This document shows, one piece after another, positions 38,086-52,000 of a stretch of DNA of 64,000 nucleotides. Below the pieces are notes generated by a model. That model had not been told where the DNA came from and did not search any database. It was given only the letters and a program-made list of their open reading frames with translations. Where the stretch lies: the NCBI RefSeq assembly GCF_009834535.1, contig NC_045696.1, forward strand, positions 64,234,001 through 64,298,000, given 5' to 3'. Each line of letters starts with the position of its first letter. Within the stretch, counting starts at the first letter, position 1. The position numbers and the translations under genes are program-made. This DNA comes from Camelus ferus (taxonomy: Eukaryota).

Positions 38086-38609
38086 AAATTATCGGAAATT
38101 TTCCGGGTTTGTCTCTGTTTTATAGACATTGCACTCTAGATGATTACTCCAACTACAAAGAAATTGTATAATTTCCACTCACTTTGCCTGGTTTTTAATA
38201 CAACTCAGACAAGGAAATTTTAGGTAGAAAAATAAGCTGAATTTATTGATTAAAATGAAATCTAGAGGTTCAATTCTTTTCCTAATTCTAATTAAAATAA
38301 ACTAGCCAAAAGCTGTTGGATTTGAATCCAACAAAGAGGAAGGGAGACAACCATTTTTCTTCTTCAGTGCTCCCTAATTCAGGCACATGGTAGGAGCTTT
38401 GTTATCCCCTAGACTGCACAACAAATATATTTTCTATACTATTATGATAAATCTCCTGAATCTCCCACATTGAACCTAGTTGTGTAAATTGATTATTTCA
38501 GGCCAAAAAAATCCAACTGGAATTTGTTAGAGTCTGGGATAAATCATGAAATTTATAAAATTCAGTGCATTTCAGAACACTGTGAAATGTACCCATTGAA
38601 AGTGCTCTG

Positions 38610-38790
38610 AAGAGATTGACTTCCAGCATGGAAGACCCACTCCCCAGTGAAACTTGTGAAAAATACTTTTTAAAAAAATCAAAATTTCTAGAAATGGACC
38701 TAAGGGCAAACAGCAAATGAAGAAACATCTATTCAAGAATATCTATAAAAATTTGATAAGAGAAGTAAGAGTGTGTGGTATCAGCTAGGC
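38610..38790 (+). mobile_element. Old L1 5'-region fragment
   Basis: gacttccagcatgg...ctagaaatggacctaagggcaaacagcaaatgaagaaacatctattcaagaa resembles L1M 5' UTRs. Confidence 0.45.
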
Positions 38791-39123
38791 AGAATGTCTC
38801 TTCCCACAAATTCCAATTCTGCTTTTAAATTCCTAAATTATATTCACCTTTGGCCTATTACATTTCCCGCCTTGACTCGGATGCAAGAATCTTAGAGCTT
38901 AACGAATGTTAACGTTCAAAAGTAGCAGGCCCCTCAACAAGTAAAATGCCCAGCATTGCGAGTAGCCGCAGTGGGTACCCAAAACCCAAGGGCTCCCAGC
39001 CTCACCAGGACCACCACCATTATCACCTCCGTCACCTCCTGGGGTGCTTGACTTCTCATTTGTGCCCCTCTTCTGCCTGGTTCCTTTTGTACTTTAATCT
39101 GAATTTATCTTTAGTTGTTCCAT

Positions 39124-39125
<2 letters not shown>

Positions 39126-39161
<36 letters not shown>
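39126..39161. repeat. (TG)n microsatellite
   Basis: Perfect TG run of about 18 units. Confidence 0.97.
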
Positions 39162-39162
<1 letters not shown>

Positions 39163-39876
39163 ACATTCATGTGCATGTATGCCTGCGTCTTTATCTAGGT
39201 GTTTGTGTGGGAATTAAAAACTTCCTAAATCTGTTAAAGAAGTAGCTATGTTATAATTAAATAAATAATCTCATTGAGGAATGCCAGAGAGGCCTGTGAT
39301 TAACTATGATAACTTTGCTAAGAAACTCAAATGCATTCTCACCCCTTCTAGCTGTCAAGTGCAATAGCTGTGCACGTCCACTTTTCTGCTCCTTTTATTC
39401 CCAGATGATTGTGTCCAGTGTCTCTGTTAAGCCTTGGAGTGACTTTCAGCTTCCTGTTAGAAGGAGAAAGGTGGAGGTGGAGAATATGTTTTGTCTCCTT
39501 ATTAGATATATGATATTTAAGTAAGTTATGATTGTCCATTTTGGAATATGGCACCAATGAGATTAGTCATGGACTATTAAAATATCAAATAGCATATATA
39601 TATAAATATATATTTATATTTAAACCACTAGTTAAAGAAGGCCCAGAATTTCTTAGGACAAAGGATAAAGGTTAAAACTGTTTTATTCTGTCTCACCTGA
39701 TAATATTCCCTCTTTCCCTCTTCTGATTCTCCAAAACAAACAAAATGAAACCTTAATTGAACGTTACCCTTAGATAAGTTGAAGCAGGATTGTGTTGTAC
39801 TTGACTGTCATTGTACCCAAACTCTGGCATCTGAATAATTATTTTTTTATTTTTATAACTCAATTAAGTGTTGGCT

Positions 39877-40270
39877 AAGAAAGAGAAAAAAAAAACCACA
39901 TGATATCACTTATATGTAGAAGTTTAAAAGTTAAAAAAAAAGATAAATGAACTTATTTACAAAACAGAAACAGATTCACAGATATAAAAAACAAACTTAT
40001 GGTTACCAGGGGAGAAGGTGGTGGGAAGGGATAAACTGGGAGTCTGACATTTGCAGATAATAACTAACATATATATATAAAATAGATAACAAGTTCATAC
40101 TGTATATAGCACAGGGAACCACATTCAATATCTTTTAGTAACCTATGGTGAAGAAGAATATGAGAACTAACGTATGTATGTTCCTATATGACTGAAATAT
40201 TGTGCTGTACACCAGAAATTGACACAGCATTGTAAACTGACTGTACTTCAATAAAAATATATTTTTTAAA
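39877..40270 (+). mobile_element. Camelid-type L1 3' end with TSD
   Basis: L1 3' UTR flanked by aagtgttggct (39866-39876) and aaatgttggct (40271-40281). Confidence 0.9.
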
Positions 40271-41267
40271 AAATGTTGGCTGACTTCGCATTGAATTAAT
40301 CATTAAAACAAAGCTCATTAAAATGCAGATATAAACTATGTTTTATTTTGATTGCTTTGAACAGTAGGAAAAATCACATTTATTCATCTAACTATTCAAA
40401 AGACAAAGTAGTATGAAAATATGTATGAAGAAAGTCAATCGACCTTAATGTGCCAAAATAAACACTTCTGTTTTATAAATATTGGCATCTTTTACAGGAA
40501 GGTGAAAAGAAAGTATTCCATTGTTGAGAGGAGAGGTTGTTGAATTTTACTAATTCATTGTTCCAGTGAGTAATAATTGAACACTATTATTCTGTTAGTT
40601 GTAATTGAAGAGTAATAGTAAAGATATATGTCATATTTAAGTAGTAATTTTTACTTCTTTAAAGCTTTTTCCTCCAAATATTACAAAGTTTACCCTCAAT
40701 TATATTATTAGAAGAAGGGACAGAGAAGATACTACTCTATCTTGTTTGCATTTCTTATGAAAATATGAAACTGGAAGTTATATATCTTTATTAAACTGTA
40801 AAAGTTAAAGTGATAAATTGTAGATAATTCAGGTATTATTAACTATAGATTTACTGCTTTTTCTTGAACAAATCAGTTAAATGTTCTGTACTTCTGGATT
40901 TTTACCTGAAAGACTGAGACCAAACAGGTTGAATGATCTCTCCAGATTGTTTTAAAAATCAGTAGTGATTCTAAATAGCTTCTTTTGGCACTGGAAGGAA
41001 AAATAATGTAATTCTTAAAAACTTGAACTCAACCACTTCTATATCCTAGAGAAACTGAATATTTTATCTTAGGAACATTGCTCTTTCATTTATGAAAAAC
41101 ACATTAATGGAGCTTTAGTTATAAAAGAAGGCTGCAGGCTAAGCTTGGGACAAATGGGCAGTATGTTATTCTGCATAATAAATTAAAATACAGCAAGGTT
41201 TTCTCAGTCGTGGTTGTGGGATGAGGTGGGGCTGCTACTGAGCTAAAGTAATCCCCCACTGAAAGGC

Positions 41268-41420
41268 ACAGCATGGGCTCTGAAGCCAGACTGCCTTGAT
41301 TCTAATCTTGGCCCTGCTACTTCTTAGCCATATAACCTTGAGCAATTCATTTAAGCTCATTGGGCCTCAGTTTCCTCACCTGTAAAATGGAAGTAATAAT
41401 TTTAACAGCAACTCACAGGT
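41268..41420 (+). mobile_element. MIR
   Basis: ggctctgaagccagactgcc...accttgagcaa...gcctcagtttcctcacctgtaaaatgg. Confidence 0.8.
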
Positions 41421-41464
41421 ACAGCAAAGCAACTGAACTCATGTTACTACATCCCTATAGTTTA

Positions 41465-41547
41465 TTTATTGCATTCTTTGTTATCGAAGTATAGTCAGTT
41501 TACAATGTTGTGTCTTGTGTCAGTTTCTGGTGTACAGCATAATGTTT
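41465..41547 (-). mobile_element. Very short L1 3' end with TSD
   Basis: gaagtatagtcagtttacaatgttgtg...tctggtgtacagcataat, flanked by cctatagttta (41454-41464) and cctacagttta (41548-41558). Confidence 0.8.
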
Positions 41548-42547
41548 CCTACAGTTTAAGGGGGAAAAATACGTATTTTCTGTGAGGACACCTTCCCTTT
41601 CTTTTTTTTTTTTTTTTTTTTTTTTTGCTTTGCAATTCACAACATATAAGCTTGTGTTACCAGGCTAAATGAGTTCATCCATTTAAAGCATTCTGAATAC
41701 TACCTGAACACATCATTCATTTTTGATGAATACCTGCTATCATTCTCCACCTCCTATTTCCCTTTTAAACTCTCCCTGGCTTCATGGCTACTTCTGTGTG
41801 CTACCTGAGTGTCTCAGGCTTCCAAAGCCAGTGAGCATAAATGTAGTCCCGTCTATTCAATGACACTGATCCGCTTCTTGACAGAAATACAACAGGAAAT
41901 CAATTTCTTCTCAATTATCCTCAAGGCTGTTTTCATGTTTCCATAACCAAGTCCTCATTAGAAATCATCCTCTCAATCAGCCTGAGCCCAGTTCCTCAGA
42001 GGTAGCACTTGTATTTGAAACTCTGCGCCCACCTAATACCACTGTCATCACGTGAGACCTGGGGGAGCTGGCGAGAAGTTGCACCCAAAGTTGGTGGACT
42101 AGGAAGTACTCAATCACAGAGATCCCTGCTGTCACCCTTATCAGGTGAAAAGGGCAACGCAACTTCTGTGTGATAACGTGGGTGGAGGAGAGCCCCTCAG
42201 CAAGGTGGCTTGCATGCTTCAAGTACTTCGGGCTGTGGGGATGTAACAACTCTCCCCACTCTGTGTACTCTGTGTATGCACAAGACCAGCAAGTTACAGC
42301 AAGATGAGCTCCGCTCTCACCACCACATGGTCCCTAGGACTGACAGTCTCCTCTGGCTCCATTCCTAAGTGGTCCCTGTGACACACTCTTTTTCCTTTAT
42401 GATAATTTTTTTCCAGTGGTGTACTTTGTTTCTCTCTGCACATATGTCTGAACACAAATGGTAAATGGGCTTCAAGGGTTTTTTTTCCAAAGAGGCTACC
42501 AGCCCTTCTGTCAATCAGTGAGTATAAATGGATATATAAGGATACTT

Positions 42548-43495
42548 TTGGAATGGCTGAAATTTAAAAGAATGACCATACCAAGTATTGGCAAGGATGT
42601 GGAGCAACTGGAACTCTCATTCATTGCTGATAAGAATGCAAAATGGTATAGCCATTCTTGAAAACAGTATGGCAGCTTCTTCAAAAGTTAAACATCCACC
42701 CACCATATGATCCAGCCATTCTACTCCCTTTTATCCACTCAAGATAAATGAAAGTGTATGTCTACATAAATAAAGACTTGCACATGAACTTCCTAGTTTT
42801 ATTCATAATAGCCAGAAACTGGAAACCACCCAAATTTCCAACTACAGATGAACTGGGCAAACTAATCGTGGTATACATACATATATATATGGTCAGCAAA
42901 TAGAGTATATATATTTATTTATATATAATACTTATTTAAGATTATGTTCATCATCTTATATGTATAGATAATATTTTAATTATTTATAAATAAGTATTTA
43001 TAAATTATATATAGGATAGTAAGTATTTGTAGTACATGTTTTTATATATTTATACATTTATTATTTTATATATTATCTATTTACATATAAATATATATAT
43101 TCAATGCAATATTACTTTCTAATAAAAAGGAGTGAACTGTTGATACACACAACAATGTAGATGGATCTCAAGATAATTATGCAGAGTGAAAAAGGAAAAC
43201 AAAAAAGAGTTTGTTGATGACATTTATATAAATCATAGGGAGTGCACCTTATCTATTCATGGCAGAGAGCAGTCCTCATTTTCCTGGGGGCTGGGGAGTG
43301 GAGGCACGGAGGAGTGGGAGGAGGGGATTACTAAGGGCACTAGTAAATCTTGCTGAGTTGTGGATATGTTCATCATCTTGACTTGACTGTGGTGGTGTTT
43401 CCATGGATGTCTATCTATGTCAAAATGTATCAAATTATTCCCTTTAAATGTATGAGTTTTACTGTATGTCAATCACACCTCAATAAAGGCTATTT
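42548..43495 (+). mobile_element. Old L1 (L1MD/L1ME-like) 3' part with internal AT-rich tract
   Basis: ggcaaggatgtggagcaactggaactctca...atatgatccagccattc...tgtcaatcacacctcaataaa. AT low-complexity at about 42880-43100. Confidence 0.85.
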
Positions 43496-44139
43496 TTAAA
43501 AATGGATATATAGGAAAAATGTGACAGCTAACATATTCCTCCAGAAACATCTGAGTGTTCTCCACTCCTACAGAATCAAAATACCTTGTTGGATAGCCAT
43601 TACTTAATGCTCCTTAAGTGACCAGAAGCCAGCTCATTCAGGGTAGACATGGACTTACTTACCTTTGTGTCTCCATGAACCTTAGCACACAGTATTTTAC
43701 AAACATCACAGCATTAATATACACATATGAAATGAATGAAGAATGAATTAATTAACCAATTGAATAATTAATTATCAATCTTAATCGTTTTCATACAACC
43801 ATCACTTCTGTGTAGCTCTACAATTGCTAACTCCCATCTCTCCAGGATAAATTCCTTCTTTGGACAAACCAATACTTCTCACTCCAGATTATGAGGCAGC
43901 AAATCTCTGTTTGAGGAAGGTCTATGAGTGTAAAGGATGCAATTCATAAATGAACTCAAGAAGCACTATCTGTTTCTCCTCAAATACAGCACTGAGGTTG
44001 CCTCTGTGGTGTCTTTTCAGCAGCATTAAAATTTAGAATTGTAGTTGGCTACCTACTGGATTCAGCTGATAAAGTGTCTATCAACATTTAGGAATCTCAA
44101 TGCAAATGGAAAAACTTTTATAAATATGAGGAATGCTCT

Positions 44140-44290
44140 CAACCAGGAGACAAGAGCCTGGGGTTCTAATCCTGAGTCTGATTTTTACCAGCTGTTTGTG
44201 CCTAGATAAATCTCTTCGCCATTCCTGGGCTTAGTTTTCCTCTACTTAAAACAAGGCTATGAAACAAAATCACTCAAGGAATTTTCCTAT
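44140..44290 (+). mobile_element. MIR remnant
   Basis: cctggggttctaatcctg...ccagctgt...ctgggcttagttttcc. Confidence 0.55.
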
Positions 44291-45744
44291 CCCAGAATTC
44301 TGTGATTTTGTGATTTCCAGGAATGATATATTTCAGTCTGACCAGGGCTTAAATGAACTCTTTTCGGGAGGGAACAAAATGAGGTAGGCAGTTGAAGAGT
44401 TAAGTGGAGGAGAGGGTTAAATTCATGGAGAATATTTACAAAATTCTCACCCATGGGTGGAAACATTAAGGGCCAACAATTCTTTGTCACTGAACTTTCC
44501 ACTTGGAGTACACCTCTCACATCATATTATAGCTCCTCCGGGAAACATAGAGCTGTGGTTTTGTGTCCCACATACTCGCTGAGGATAAATTGTATAATGA
44601 AAAAAACATGGAGGTTTTGTTCTGAAGGATGCCAGAGCCTCATTCTGCAGCTTTTCTATGAGTGTTTCATACCCAGGGACAACGGGCAAAGATTTGGCAT
44701 AATCTATGTTCAAGCACTGTCAGAGACTGCAATTGCATTTTCTGCCCCTGTGTCTGCTTGGCCAGAGTCCTTTTTGTGCTGATGCTTAATGGGATGCAGT
44801 CTCCAGAAGACTGATTGATTGCCAGGTGCAGGCATGATTAAGCCAGTGCAACTGTGGGTCACCCCATCCCCACAGTGGAGGAAGAAAAGCACGCATTTTC
44901 TGTGAGAACACTGTGGCTTTCTTTGGCTTTGCAGCTCATGACATAAATACCCTGGAGTTAAAAATAAATAGTAATAACCTATGTATATGCTGACCAAACT
45001 GGACTCCTTCATGGAAACAGAAAATGGGAAAATCAGCTACTATCAGGACTCAGGGTCAAGGTTTCATTGTAAATGATTAAAGCATGACGCTCTTTTTAAA
45101 AGGTTGACTAACTATTGGCATCTTTCCTATGTTGTGCTTATTTAGCCAAAGGAATGTGATGCGTGTGCAACCCAGTTATATCTCAACCACCTGTTCCGCC
45201 CTAAAACCTATCTCTGTCTGAAGGAAAAAGAAAAATAAAAAACAAATCTGTCTCTGAAAGTTTTGAAAAATATCCAAGTGTTTGCTGAAGACTTGAAGAA
45301 GAGACAAAGGAGATTTGAATGAATCAGTATAGAGCAAAACTTCCTAAATCTTCTCTACCCATCTGTTTCCCAAAGTTCCACTTGCCTTCCTCCCAAAGCA
45401 AGACAGTCCAAAGTTCCATCTTACCATCTAACTCTAAGGCCAGGATCTCTTGGAGATATGTGGTCCTTTCCATCCATTCTGGACATGGTACCTTGTGGTT
45501 GGGATTATAGACAAAACAATTTCATGCCACTCTAACCCCTAGCCCACCATACAGGGACAGGCCTGGATGCAGGGCTTCTAAATGAAAGCTCCCCTTCAGG
45601 ATAAGGAAGTATGGCCAACTCAGGAGGCAGTGGTTCATGGCAAGGATGGGATACTAAGGAATGGGTCTTGTGAAGAACTCTTATTCTACAGTGGAAAAAA
45701 TTCTTAATAAACCTTGAACTGGGAGAAACTCCCTAGTCTGCTGT

Positions 45745-45774
45745 TCTGTTTTTGTTTTTTTGTTGTTGTTGTTT

Positions 45775-45808
<34 letters not shown>
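45745..45808. repeat. T-rich / poly-T tract
   Basis: (TTG)n-like stretch followed by about 30 consecutive T. Confidence 0.95.
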
Positions 45809-46329
45809 GCCCCTAGCTCTACCTTCTGGGAAGTTGGAGGCACAAAGATTCTTACAGTCAAGAGTTTTTAAGGCCAGGATTATAGTTTTTTAGCAATGTG
45901 TTTCTAAAACACTAGGCTTCTGATCTGCGTGTTGCCTGTCAATTCCATGTGCTGATGACCATGCCCAGGGTCCTTTCCTGGACTTAGTGCTCCAGTAGGC
46001 TGTATTTCTTTGTTTCCTCAAACCTATGCTGAATTCTCTCAACTTAACAGCATCCTTAAGTAGATCTAAAAGATCACGAGTGACTCCCTCAGCACCAAGT
46101 TCATCCAGACTGAGACCAACTTCTTCTCAACGAGCAAGAGGAACTCAGCACAGAAAGGACAGTGGCAGTAGTGCCACCCGTGGTGTCGTCAGGTTGTAAC
46201 CTGAGCAGGAGTGAACCAGGTGGGCGGGGAGGCTCTACCAGCAATGAGAAAAGGGAACACCTTTAAAAGGCACTGCCCTTTATCTAATTTATCTACAGGT
46301 CCTATAATTTGACTTTTATACTGCTTGGT

Positions 46330-46537
46330 CTAATCTCTCGGACCAGAGGTGGCTAGTTGTTTACCAGATTAATTTCCTCTGGCACCCTTATTATGGAGGG
46401 CAGTCTGCTTTACTCAAAGCCCGCTGATGTAAATATTCATCTCATCCAAAAAACACTGCCACAGAAACATCAGAACAATGTTAGACTGAATATCTGGGCC
46501 CCATAGCTCAGCCAAATAGGTACATAAAACTATCACA
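46330..46537 (-). mobile_element. MLT2-type (ERVL) LTR fragment
   Basis: atggagggcagtctgctttactcaaag...ctcatccaaaaaacac...cagccaa...tatcaca matches a reverse MLT2 terminus. Confidence 0.7.
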
Positions 46538-46855
46538 GCCAGGAACCAGACAACTGGTGACCCTGGAGCTTGCTGAAGTTATTCAAACTAGCCCACTCTA
46601 AGCCTTACTACCCTGATGGACCTATTCCATCCCACAAAAACCACAATGAGGAGTCTTACTCGCATTTTCTCTCTCTCTCTCCCTGCCTCCTGATCGACCC
46701 TGGTGCTTCTCCACGTGGTCCCCCCTTAGTGTCATGCTGTTCCTCCTGTTTCTAGGGATCTGTGACTATAACAAACTTCCTCTTTCATGACAATCACTTC
46801 CACGTCTATGTGTCTCAGCATATATGATCAAAACAAATCCTATCTACCCTAAACA
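46538..46855 (+). mobile_element. MER74/MER73-like LTR 3' half
   Basis: ttattcaaactagcc...aaaccacaat...ctgcctcctgatcgaccctggtgctt...taacaaact...taaaca. The 5' half may lie at about 45899-46080. Confidence 0.6.
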
Positions 46856-48635
46856 TCACTAAATAAGATACTGGTATTTTTCCTACAGTAGAAGTTTTAT
46901 TCTCAGAAAGCCATCTCTGATTCTGAAATTTAAAACCCTCAGCATTCCTACCATAGGCTGAATGGCTTTCTCCCTCTTAGCTTAATGTGTTAACTCCTGC
47001 CCCTGAGCTTCATATATTCAGGCTGGCTACACAGTGGTGTCTGGTACCCCAAGTATGAGGGCAAAACCAACCACTGTGTGTTTCCCCTTCTCCAAAAAGA
47101 GATACACTCCAAGGCCTCACCATACTCCTATTGAACCCTGAAGCCGCGAGGAAGTCTCTATCCCTTGCACCTTCCAAATACAGTCAACTCATGTTCCCAG
47201 TGGCCTACCTTTTGTAGGAAAGAGCTCTGTGGAGGCAGTATTCAGACTTCATCCTCACCCCTCTTCAAATACAAAGCTTATGTTTTTAATTACCAACCGG
47301 TTGGCAGGGTAATTGGCTGCTACACTTGAACTGGCCAGTCCTCTCGTAAGCCCTCCTAATAAAGACATATCAAATCTAACTAGATGGCAATATCTATTTT
47401 CAGTAGGTACCCTGAACTGTTGTCCACTTTTTTCCAAGCTTCTGCTTCCAGTTCCAAATCTAGATGTTGATTCTGGTTCCCAAGTACTGATACCTTTGGA
47501 CTTTTCTCTATCACCCTGAACCCAGCCTTCTGACTGAAAATTACGCCTCCCTCCATCCTCTCCTTCTTAGGGGAGAGGCTCCCTCAGTTCGAACCCAAGG
47601 AAACTCTGCTCCTGGGGTCCACCTTGGGAACTGCTATGGGCACTAGATGCTTGGACAGCTCCTATTAAAAACCTCCACTTTTCTCCCTTCTCTCTTGCAT
47701 TCTGGTCATCCATCCATCCTTTCATCCACTAAGCCAATCACCCATTCAAAATTTTTAAGAATTATTATATGCCAGAGTCTCTATCAGACTTTTGGAATAA
47801 GACAGTGTCTATATCATCAAGTCTACAATACAGTGGTAGGGAACAACTTTCAGAAGAAGAAAAATAGCGTAAAATGTGGTGCATCCTGTAATAAGCATGA
47901 ACACGAAGCTGTGGGGGCCTGCTGGTGACTGGCTGCCTTCCCACCCACCTCCTTCATTTGTCTGAGTCCTCTCTGATCCTCTGTGTCATCCTCCCCCAGC
48001 ACAGTCATCAACTCCCAAGCCTGCTGCTTGTACCACCACTGACATGCCTTCTTCTATTCATCCATCTTTTCCCTGTTTTCCCTGCATGTGAAGTGAGATC
48101 CCACCAGAGATATGCTAAAATGTGTTAGTCATTCCATGGGCAGGGCTTGAAAGCAGATTTTGAGTGGCTGAGTCTCAGCGTGGAAAGTGTGTGTCAGAAT
48201 AATGAGTTGTCTGTGTATACATACTCTCCATTGTAGATGAGCAGATGAAGTGAAGTGCCTCCTGTAATTGCTCCCTTCGGGGAATTCTGTGGGAGAGAGG
48301 ACAAAAAGTGATATTACTTCTCTGTTGGCCCAGTACCAATGAATTAAAAATGCTAATGTGAAAATACCAAAGAGGGATTCATGTTACACTCCCACACACA
48401 TTAAAAAAAAAAAAATGACTTGGACCAAAATGCTGGAAACTGCAATAAAAAGCAAATACCTTTGCCTACAGAATCAGAGTCATATGATATGAATGATCAG
48501 GCTTGTGTCAGAGTCCCTGGCCAAACCACGCAGGTCAGAGCCCTTCACCTTGGGATGCCCTAGTGTTTGGCAGTTGCATGACCTTCTCTCAAAGAGATCG
48601 AGGCAGGCTGTCCAGAAGCACTGATCAGAAATTCT

Positions 48636-48775
48636 TTCATTTGTTTATTCACTTATTTATTTAGCAATTATTCATGAAGTGCCTACCATGTGTCAGGTAC
48701 TCTGCTAGGCTGAACATACAACCATGAACCTGAAGGATGTGATGGGTGCCCTCTTGGAGCTTATAATCCAGTAGC
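48636..48775 (-). mobile_element. L2 3' end
   Basis: ttcatttgtttattcac...gtgcctaccatgtgtcaggtactctgctagg...ggagcttataatccagt. Confidence 0.7.
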
Positions 48776-51189
48776 TACCAAGGATGGCTGGGAGCAGACA
48801 AAGCTGGAGGGCAGTAGGATGCAACTGCAGTAGTTCTGACGTTTCACTTTGACAGATCAGGTGGGAAGAGCTTTATCTGCATTCATTCATTTAATACTCA
48901 TCATCACCTTAAAGTTAAGATTATTATCCTCGCCTTTTTGTTTTTATTAAGCTTATTATCCTCATCTTACAGAGGCAGGAACTGAAGTTCAGAGGAATTA
49001 AGCAACTTGTCCCAGTTCAAATAGTGGGTGGCTGTCTTTGCCACAGTCAGCGCTCAGTCGCTCTGCTCTATGAAATTCCAAAATGGGAAAGCTGAACCCG
49101 ATGACCCAGCGAGGGGAAAGCAGTCCGTTGCTCATCTTCGTTGTATTAGACTTCTAGTCTCTCTTTCCGTTTTATGGACTCACCTTGCCCTTCAGGCCTA
49201 ACCCTCCTACTGCCTCTCCACCTGTGAGCCTGTCTCCTGGTCTGCACCACCCTCAGGTAAGACTCTCCGCAGCTCTGGGCAAATGCACTGCTTCAGGGGG
49301 TGCAGCCCAGGAACTGTGCCCTGCAGCTCTACAGGTTCACCTGGCCCTCGGGCAGGACGAGAACACAGAGCATCCCACGGTGTCCGTATATAACACTCCT
49401 ACAGATACACTATCAGATGCACTTGAGGCTCCAGGGAAGACAAAGGCTTTGATTTTTATTCTTCTCTTCTGCTCTAATCTAAATCAATAATGCAATTGAA
49501 GATAATATAGAACAGCATTAGGAAATTCTTTTTCACTTTGTGCTGAACTTCATTAATGGAGAAGTAACATAGCAACTGATTTCTTCTTTCTCTGCCTTTG
49601 TTAGCAACTAAAACCAGAATGACTTTTTTTTTTTTTTCCCTCCTGGCTTCATTGAAGGATTTAAAAACCTTTTGTTCTGGTTTTCTGCAAAATTCCATTG
49701 TATCTTTGGGGAGAAAGTCTCTCTCCTGCTTGATAATCTCCTGCTATCGGTAGGAAGCTACCACAGAATAAAGTTTCAGGAGAAAAGCCATCACCTTTGT
49801 CACTTGACAAGAACTAAAGTGTGAGCTTTTGACAGATGACAAATTGACTATGATTAGGGGAATTCTTTAAGTTAGGAAGGCCAAAATGAGGGGTCAGAAT
49901 TTTTCTGTTTGTGGACAAAAAGCTAAAATGAACCTACAAATTGCTTGAAAGCCATATTTTCCCGTGTTTTTCAGAACACAGTCTCTCCTACTCCTGGGCA
50001 CAGAGGGACTGCTTTCTAGAAGTGATATCCTTTTTTGTCAATGGAGTGTCATTCAACAAGATCCGAGGAATACAAGAGCTAGAAGGAAACTGTGAAATCC
50101 TCTAGTCCACGGAAATCATTGTCCTGTTGGGGAAACCAAGGTTCCAGAAAGGGGAACTGCTTGGCAGATGTTAATGGAAGAGTCAGATTGCACCCTGGAC
50201 CTTGAGCCTCCCTCAGTCAATAGTCCTCGTGTCTGTTACCTCTGCTGTTTCCATGCAGCTCTGAGACATGCAGCAGCTAGGAGTTGCCCCCGACCAGAGC
50301 AGCTGCACCCAGATCTTCGTGTGGGTGTTTTGGAGGAGAGGGGTCACGCTATAGGAAACACTCCAAGTCATTTAATTATTAATGGTAAGGAAGAGATCCA
50401 ACAGCTGCTGACAGTTCATCATTCTCACATCTTTAGTGACACCTCATTTATCAAACAGCATAATAGGATGATAACTTCATAGAATGAAAAGCACTGACTT
50501 TATTTTATAGTATCTTAAAAAAGCCTTTTTCTTTAAAAAAAATAAAGTCAAATGAAATACTTGTTTTCATAATGTAAAATTGCACGTCTCCCTGTAAAAC
50601 TCTCCTTTTTCCATGATTCATAAAATATTGACAAGACCCAGCTGCATACGTAACCATTAGGAATCTACATAAAATGGACACATATATCTCCATAGATTTC
50701 TTGAAGACTTCCTAAAATCATTTTGGATGGAAGGGTATTAGAGAGTGGAAAAAGAAGCTAAGTTTACTTTTCATCTAAAAATGAATTTAGAAGATAGTTA
50801 TAACCAGGTTAGCTTTTTAACTAGGCATATACATTTTTAATAAAATTAGTAACAAGTAACCACAGAGCAGCACTACCCAAAAAGGGTCCATTGTCTAGTA
50901 CTTCCACAAGACAATCTATTAAAAATGGATTCTGTGGTCAAATGAATTTGAAAAATGCAAATAATACAGTGCCTTGAAAATTTACAATCCATATTAGCTT
51001 TCAATGGCTCTGAGGTGTCCTGCTGTCAAGACAAATGCATTTCCAAGCTGTTTTAACAAAGAGTCTTTTTAATTTTTCATGCGATACATTTTGGAAAATA
51101 ATGCCACAGATAATACTTTTTAAAAGATCAATAAGAAGTGTTTAAAAAATAATGAATACATTGAAAACAGAGAAGTAAAAGCAAGCAAA

Positions 51190-52000
51190 CTAGTCTTTGC
51201 TACTGGTACTGACAGGTCTAGATTTGTGCTTTAAACAAACACAAAAGTGGGCAGAGTATATAAAGTAACTGTTTTCAGACATTGGACCCACAGACATTTC
51301 AAGAATCTGACTCCTAAGAGAAGAAAAGTACAGTAAGTGAGCCCCATGATGACAAGGACCAGGGCACCAGAAGGAGAGAGTCACACAGAGGAGGAGCTCG
51401 GGAAATCCACACAGTGGTCCTCTTAGCTTTGCCCCAGTACAACACCTACGCACAGGGCAGTTTGGTGAGTCTGGAAGAGAATGGATACGAGGGAGCTGTG
51501 AGCTCACGGGAGGTTTTGAAGTTCCCACAGTGCCGAGCTATAAAGCTCGACCATCCCGAGTGATGAGACCTTGTTGAACACTGTGGACTTTCCACTGAGA
51601 GCCAGAGAGAGCAGGCTCCCCACTAACGGCTGGGCTAGACCCCACCTAACACAGCTTAAAATCGAGCCTCAAAGGGATCTTGCCGACCTCGCAGTCAATT
51701 GTCCCTGCTATAACAAAACTCAACACTCCTTCCTGGAAGAAAAACAACCAGACTCTTAAAAATGGAGCATTTCCGAAGTCTAGCATATAATTTAAAAAAT
51801 TACTAGATAGTTATTTTTAAAAAGCCAAAAAGTTATGCCCATGACAGAGGGTGGTGAGTGGTAGTCAACAGGAACAGACCTAAAGATGACCAAGGCGCTG
51901 AAATTAGCAAACAGCGCTTAAAACAACTCTTCAGTGTGTGCTTATAGAGTTCAAGGAACAGAGACATAGTAAGCGAACAAATGGAAGTAAACTGAAAATT
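51190..52000 (+). mobile_element. Old L1 5' UTR / ORF1-start fragment
   Basis: aactgttttcagacattgg...aacaaaactcaacac...aaaattactaga...aacagacctaaagatgacc...gaaattagcaaac. Confidence 0.6.
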
